NCBI GenBank assembly: GCA_031370005.1
Contig: JANMPT010000048.1
Location: 1-11,816, forward strand
Direction: 5' to 3'
Source: Bdellovibrionales bacterium
GTDB taxonomy: Bacteria; Bdellovibrionota; Bdellovibrionia; Bdellovibrionales; Bdellovibrionaceae
Length of the DNA stretch: 11,816 bases
Below the pieces are notes generated by a model. That model searched no databases, was not told where the DNA came from, and worked only from the letters and a program-made list of their open reading frames with translations. Below, in pieces: positions 7,229 through 11,816 of the stretch. A program made the translations under genes and the position numbers. Positions within the stretch are counted from its first letter, which is position 1. Each line of letters starts with the position of its first letter.

Positions 7229-7810
7229 TTAAGAAGTACATATTGTGTGACTTTTGATGAGCGTTACAATTTGATCACCTGAACTCAAAGTAAGAGAGGG
7301 GTCCTTCTTAATCCGGGCCTGGAACTGCGAGCCCATCGCTTGACTGTAAATGAACATGGCGAGCATTTTTGGATCCATATCGTTTCGAATATGCCCCGAC
7401 ACTTGGCCCTCACGAATCTGCTCTTCAAGCCATGTCAGCCACTTGTCCACGAAAAGCCTCATTTCTTTTTGAATGCTCCGTGCAACACCTTGAAAATCCG
7501 CTGAAAGCGCTAAGATGGGACAGATCTTTGCTTTGTCCGTGGCAAACGAATAAAAGACATCAAAGACTCTTCGAACTCTTTCGATGGGGCTAATCTCCTT
7601 GAGAGCCTGAGCCCATAAATCAAATCTAGAGCTGTAGTCGTGGATGATAGCGATCACTAGTTCTTCTTTGCTTGCATAGTGGTCATAGAGGCTGGGTTTT
7701 TTAATATTCAGTTTGTCGGCGATATCTTGGAAGCTAAAGCCGTTGTAACCGTGCTGCTGAAGTAGGGAACGGCCCTCAACAAGGGCTTTTTCTTTTGTTG
7801 ATTTTCTCAT
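7229..7810 (-). CDS. TetR/AcrR-family transcriptional regulator (NemR/YxaF-like)
   Basis: HTH GYNGFSFQDIADKLNIKKPSLYDHYASKEEL; C-terminal ICP motif and GQVSGHIR. Confidence 0.95.
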   Translation of the reverse strand: MRKSTKEKALVEGRSLLQQHGYNGFSFQDIADKLNIKKPSLYDHYASKEELVIAIIHDYSSRFDLWAQALKEISPIERVRRVFDVFYSFATDKAKICPILALSADFQGVARSIQKEMRLFVDKWLTWLEEQIREGQVSGHIRNDMDPKMLAMFIYSQAMGSQFQARIKKDPSLTLSSGDQIVTLIKSHTICTS

Positions 7811-7818
7811 TTTTATTA

Positions 7819-7863
7819 CCTACCTGTGGATAGGACTATATCCTACCAATGGGTAGGATGCAA
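7819..7863 (-). promoter_or_regulatory. sigma70 promoter of tetR-dinB with two tandem palindromic operators (CCTACC-N4-GGTAGG)
   Basis: Minus strand TTGCAT (7863-7858), 17 nt, TATAGT (7840-7835). Perfect palindrome ATCCTACC-aatg-GGTAGGAT at 7840-7859 and a one-mismatch copy CCTACC-tgtg-GATAGG at 7819-7834. Confidence 0.85.
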
Positions 7864-7890
7864 GGATATATTATGGATTGGCATAATCCA

Positions 7891-9243
7891 CTACTGAACA
7901 CCAGTTGATCTAGGGAAATAATCAGCAGGCACGTGGACTCCGCGACGAACTATTTTCTCTGTCATAATAGAAGTCTTCATAAACCAATGGGACATCAAAT
8001 AGCTCAGTGAACACGCCCCCAGTAGGGGGACAATACCAAGAGGCTGCTGCGTAGTTTCTAGCGCAAAAACGATAGACGCAAATAAGGCCCTTGAACATCC
8101 CGCAAAAACGGAGGCCATTCCAATTAAAGCAAAGATATGAATATCTAAGCCCACCTCGGGAAATATAAATTTTGAAAGTACGCCAACTGCATACCCAGAT
8201 AAGGCACCAAACGTCAGAAGGGGCGCCAAAGTTCCCCCTGAAGTCCCACTACTCAAAGCAATTACCCATGAACAGAATTTCCAGAAACACAGCGCTAGCG
8301 CTACAGTTAAAGGCAAGCTCGCGCTTAAGCCACTGCTAATATTTGAGTACCCCACCCCTAAGCTTCGAGGCTCTATCAAGCCAATGATACCAATCCCGAT
8401 TCCACCAATCATCGGCCACCACATCCAATGCATTGGTAAGTTTTCAAACAAGTCCTCAACAAAATAAACACTTTTCGTAATAAAAATTGATATAAATCCA
8501 AAAATAACTCCAGACATAAGATAAATTGGAAGTTGCCCAAGCGAAATGGCTGCAATGACTGGCATTTCAAAAAAGGGGGCCGTCGTCCAGAATGTAGACC
8601 TGATAGCGGCCGCCACAACTGCGCTTATCGCAACAGGAATGAATGACTGGGCACGGAACTCAAATAAGAGCAGCTCAATGGCTAATAAAACAGCAGCCAA
8701 AGGTGTTCCAAATATAGCCGTCATGCCGCCAGCGGCACCGCAAGACAAAAGGATCTTACGCTCAAATCTTGTAAAGGGAAATATTTGACCGCATATTGAA
8801 CCTAATGCTCCACCAGTTGCAATGATTGGTCCCTCCGCACCAAAGGGCCCACCCGACCCAATGGCAATAGCAGAAGAAATCGGCTTCAGGAATACAAGAC
8901 GCCCAGGAATTTTACTTTCATTAAGTAATATTTTTTCCATCGCCTCCGGAATTCCATGACCGCGAATTGCTGCAGATCCAAATTTTGCCATTACTCCAAC
9001 AATCAATCCACCAAGCATTGGAACAAATATTGAGAAAATACCAAGCTTGTGCGGATCTGGCTGGATGGCCTCAAATGAAAAATGCTGGAAATAAAAAAGT
9101 TGAGTAAACAGACTTATACAAGCTAGAAGGGAGATCGCTATGAGGTAAGAAATGGCTCCAATCACTGCGGCTGCGAAACAAAGCCTTCCCTGGTGTCTGC
9201 GTCGCAAACTGACATTATGATCTGAATTATCTGAACTGTACAA
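7891..9243 (-). CDS. ClC (EriC) family chloride channel / Cl-:H+ antiporter-like protein without CBS domains
   Basis: GHGIPE, GAEGP (gating Glu E137), GAAGG..AIFGTPLAA, AIE (E190) and SGGTLAP motifs; many TM helices. TTG start after GGGAG. Confidence 0.92.
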   Translation of the reverse strand: MYSSDNSDHNVSLRRRHQGRLCFAAAVIGAISYLIAISLLACISLFTQLFYFQHFSFEAIQPDPHKLGIFSIFVPMLGGLIVGVMAKFGSAAIRGHGIPEAMEKILLNESKIPGRLVFLKPISSAIAIGSGGPFGAEGPIIATGGALGSICGQIFPFTRFERKILLSCGAAGGMTAIFGTPLAAVLLAIELLLFEFRAQSFIPVAISAVVAAAIRSTFWTTAPFFEMPVIAAISLGQLPIYLMSGVIFGFISIFITKSVYFVEDLFENLPMHWMWWPMIGGIGIGIIGLIEPRSLGVGYSNISSGLSASLPLTVALALCFWKFCSWVIALSSGTSGGTLAPLLTFGALSGYAVGVLSKFIFPEVGLDIHIFALIGMASVFAGCSRALFASIVFALETTQQPLGIVPLLGACSLSYLMSHWFMKTSIMTEKIVRRGVHVPADYFPRSTGVQ

Positions 9244-9450
9244 AATTAACTCCCGAGTTTATTACTTTTCCAAGCATATTTATCAGCTGGAATTTCCCTT
9301 GCAAGACCGGGGGCATCGAAACGCCGCGTTAGAGATTCTCAAGGCAAGAATTACTTTTGATTCCCTTGCGATGCTTTGATTCAGTTTCCGCTATGGCCCT
9401 ATTTTCTTTTTACAACATAAATGTAACTACTTTCCTTAGCTTCAACGTGA

Positions 9451-9744
9451 ATCCAAAGCCCAAACCGCATTGTCTACACCCAACAGTTTTGTGATGAAAA
9501 TGAAAAAGTAACTCGACATCCTATGGCGCCAACCTGGCCAGAAACCATGTTAACCGTAGTAACATTTGCAGAAGAAGGACCTGATAAAACCAGAGTCACA
9601 GTAACGTGGGAGACCCATGGTTCGACAACAACAGAAGAAATCGAGGCCTTCGTTAAGGCAAGAGGCGGAATGACTCAGGGATGGACAGGCTCTTTTGATA
9701 AACTGGAAGATTACCTAGGAGCGGCAAGTTTCAGCTGCGGCTGA
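9451..9744 (+). pseudogene. 5'-truncated SRPBCC (AHSA1/START-like) domain gene
   Basis: The frame extends upstream of ATG 9523 to an in-frame TGA at 9448-9450 and reads IQSPNRIVYTQQFCDENEKVTRHPMAPTWPETMLTVVTFAEEGPDKTRVTVTWE...GMTQGWTGSFDKLEDYL. This is the C-terminal half of an SRPBCC domain, with no start or RBS for the missing half. Confidence 0.75.
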
Positions 9745-9769
9745 TGTGCGGAATGTCATGACCACTTTC

Positions 9770-10681
9770 TTAGCCAATTTGATGATTCAACTTTTGGGAA
9801 ACGAAATCCACGAAGACACGAGTTTTAAGTGGAATGACAGATGCTTGTGGATACAGAAGATAAATAAGAGTGCTTGCTAACGTGTTTGGAACCGGCTCCC
9901 ATTCGGGTAAGATTCTTATGAGCTGCTCTTTCCGAACTTCTTCTGCAACAAACCATGGCGCAAAAGCTGCAAACCCTGCCCCATCTGATGTCATCCGCTT
10001 GATAACATTTATGTCGTCCGAGCGAAAATTACCTCGTAAAGCTACTTTTTCCCTTAGACGTTCGTTCTTTAAAATCCAAGTATCACTGAACTGACTTGTG
10101 AACGAAAAACTCAAATGGTTCAATTTCCCTAGGTCAAAAGGGGTTTTTGGTTCATTTCTATTCTTAAAATAACGAGGACTCGCATAAAATCCCCTATGAA
10201 GTGGAATCAGCTTCTTGGCAAAGAACGATGATTCGTCAAATTTTCCTGCTCGGATGACGACATCGAACTTTTCTTCAATGACGTCAGAGATTTTATCCGA
10301 CAGAAAAACCTCAAGTTTGATTTGCGGATAGTTGGCTGAAAACTCACTTAACAGTGGCGACAAAAGGGCTCTTCCGAAACTCGTCGTTGAATTTACTCTC
10401 AGCAAGCCAGACGGAGTTTTCTGAAGCTCTCTAAGGTTTCGATGGGTGGCATCCACATCTTCTAGAATTCGTTCACAGTTGAGCAAATAAGCCTCACCTA
10501 TTTCTGTGAGTGCCACTTTCCGGGTGGACCTTGTGAGCAGAGCAACTCCGAGTTCATTCTCAATTGTCGCGATTTGTTTAGAGACCCCGGAGGGACTTAA
10601 TCCAAGTTTCTTCGAAGCCTTTGTGAAGCTTCTCGAATAGCCCACTTCCCTGAAGATGCGCATTGCTCCCAATATGTCCAT
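9770..10681 (-). CDS. LysR-family transcriptional regulator (CrgA/DmlR-like)
   Basis: SFTKASKKLGLSPSGVSKQIATIENELGVALLTRSTRKVALTEIG HTH; PSGLLRV, FDVVIR and PLKTRVFVDF. Divergent from the SDR. Confidence 0.95.
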   Translation of the reverse strand: MDILGAMRIFREVGYSRSFTKASKKLGLSPSGVSKQIATIENELGVALLTRSTRKVALTEIGEAYLLNCERILEDVDATHRNLRELQKTPSGLLRVNSTTSFGRALLSPLLSEFSANYPQIKLEVFLSDKISDVIEEKFDVVIRAGKFDESSFFAKKLIPLHRGFYASPRYFKNRNEPKTPFDLGKLNHLSFSFTSQFSDTWILKNERLREKVALRGNFRSDDINVIKRMTSDGAGFAAFAPWFVAEEVRKEQLIRILPEWEPVPNTLASTLIYLLYPQASVIPLKTRVFVDFVSQKLNHQIG

Positions 10682-10723
10682 TGGCCCCCTATAATTTACT
10701 TTAACTCATAGATGTTATTCAAA

Positions 10724-10742
10724 TATTGACTCTAATTCAATA
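10724..10742. promoter_or_regulatory. Putative LysR recognition site (T-N11-A palindrome)
   Basis: TATTGA-ctctaat-TCAATA, with T10727-N11-A10739, in the 109-nt divergent intergenic region. Confidence 0.65.
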
Positions 10743-10790
10743 AATAAAAAGCTGCCAATATCGGACAAAATAAACAGGAGACAAATTATT

Positions 10791-11504
10791 ATGGGTTTGA
10801 AAAATAAGCGAATTCTGCTTATCGGTGGAACTAGTGGTATTGGATTGGAAACAGCTCGGCAGGCAAAAGAGCTAGGCTCCATCATAACAATAACGGGACG
10901 CGATATATCGCATACTAAACAGATAGCAGATGAACTTGGAATAGACCAGTTCACATCGTTTGACGTTGCGAATGAATCAGCAGTCAGAAAGGGACTTTCT
11001 TCCTTTGATGCCCTTGACCACATTTTCGTATCCGCCGGGAGCTTGGTTGGGGCAGGCCCACTTGCAATAACTGAAAGTTCGAAGATAGAAATGGCGCTTA
11101 AGCAAAGAGTTATGGGTGCTTTTTATATTATTAAAGCTCTGCTCCCGAAAATGAAAGAAGGCTCTTTTATTTTCACTTCTGGACTCTACGCAGATCGACC
11201 TACAGCTGGCGCAAGCGCTCCAGCTTCTTCGCTAGGTGCAATTGAATCCATGGTGAAAGCCCTTGCCTTGGAGCTTGCTCCAATCCGCATCAACGCGATT
11301 TCTCCGGGGCTCATAGATACACCACTTCTTCAGAATTTTTTAGGTGGCACTCGGGAAGCTGTTTATGCAGACGTTGCCTCCAGACTTCCATCGCGAAGGA
11401 TTGGCAAAGCAGAAGACATCTCAAAAACCGCGTTATTTCTTATGGAAAACAGTTTCATCAACGGTGAAACAATCCATGTTGATGGTGGCGGAAGGTTTAT
11501 TTAA
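10791..11504 (+). CDS. Short-chain dehydrogenase/reductase lacking canonical YxxxK
   Basis: IGGTSGIG Rossmann motif, LALELAPIRINAISPGLIDTP and FINGETIHVDGG. RBS AGGAG. Confidence 0.93.
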   Translation: MGLKNKRILLIGGTSGIGLETARQAKELGSIITITGRDISHTKQIADELGIDQFTSFDVANESAVRKGLSSFDALDHIFVSAGSLVGAGPLAITESSKIEMALKQRVMGAFYIIKALLPKMKEGSFIFTSGLYADRPTAGASAPASSLGAIESMVKALALELAPIRINAISPGLIDTPLLQNFLGGTREAVYADVASRLPSRRIGKAEDISKTALFLMENSFINGETIHVDGGGRFI

Positions 11505-11579
11505 TAAAATGCCCTTAGGCTCGCCAGTGGCACCGGGTGCCAAATTCTTATTACAAGAAATCCCCGACAATAATTGCCG

Positions 11580-11753
11580 CTAAGAGCCTCTAACACGCTC
11601 ACAATAACGAATCCATGCCTCAAAATGAGATGCAACAAATAAATCTCGACGAAGGTCTAAAGTTTCGTAGTTTATAGCCGAAAAGTGAATAGTCAGCGCA
11701 AAGATCCTTAAAACATAAAACAAAAGGATAAACCAAATGGCACGTTTTTTCAT
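11580..11753 (-). CDS. Possible small hypothetical protein with a hydrophobic N-terminus
   Basis: MKKRAIWFILLFYVLRIFALTIHFSA resembles a signal/TM segment. Weak RBS and no recognisable family. Confidence 0.2.
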   Translation of the reverse strand: MKKRAIWFILLFYVLRIFALTIHFSAINYETLDLRRDLFVASHFEAWIRYCERVRGS

Positions 11754-11816
11754 ATTGGCTTCTTTTTTTAGTTTTTTCATTTCAATAAGGGCAATGGCTC
11801 AGCTTACGAGCTCTTC

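Noticed and set aside
7874..7890. TGGATT-ggcat-AATCCA hairpin after the ClC stop as a terminator
   Set aside because: Weak AT-rich 6-bp stem without a U-tract; cannot be supported.
9270..9400. Fluoride (crcB) riboswitch upstream of the ClC gene
   Set aside because: Only a GCTGATAA-like fragment is present; the GGnGATGnnGTTCnCC 5' element and pseudoknot partner are absent, and the protein lacks CLC-F motifs.
11528..11753. sigma54 promoters at the TGGCAC motifs (11528, its reverse copy, and 11738)
   Set aside because: The -12 GC is either wrongly spaced or absent (TTCA instead of TTGC).

Overview
This is an AT-rich bacterial accessory region; gene content suggests a Bdellovibrionota/deltaproteobacterial-type host, but that is inference only. 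From left to right it contains: the start of a minus-strand HTH/recombinase-associated ORF running off the left edge, beside a tRNA-3'-end-like CTCCGCCA motif; a higBA toxin-antitoxin pair with an apparently leaderless higB; a degraded stretch with a 21-codon relic resembling the katG N-terminus; a three-gene operon with overlapping genes (type III PKS, His/Glu-rich four-helix membrane protein, UbiG-like O-methyltransferase); a divergent orphan cytoplasmic histidine kinase, a BON/OsmY protein and a DUF3309 microprotein missed by the ORF track; a TetR-DinB pair with a sigma70 promoter overlapped by two palindromic operators; a CBS-less ClC protein with non-canonical selectivity motifs; a 5'-truncated SRPBCC pseudogene; and a divergent LysR/SDR pair whose SDR lacks YxxxK. 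The best candidate for a novel system is the PKS operon. Its uncharacterised membrane protein carries a duplicated DE..H...ExxxH motif suggestive of a membrane di-metal hydroxylase, which could complete a non-isoprenoid methoxy-alkyl(hydro)quinone pathway. All family calls come from motif recognition; no searches were run.
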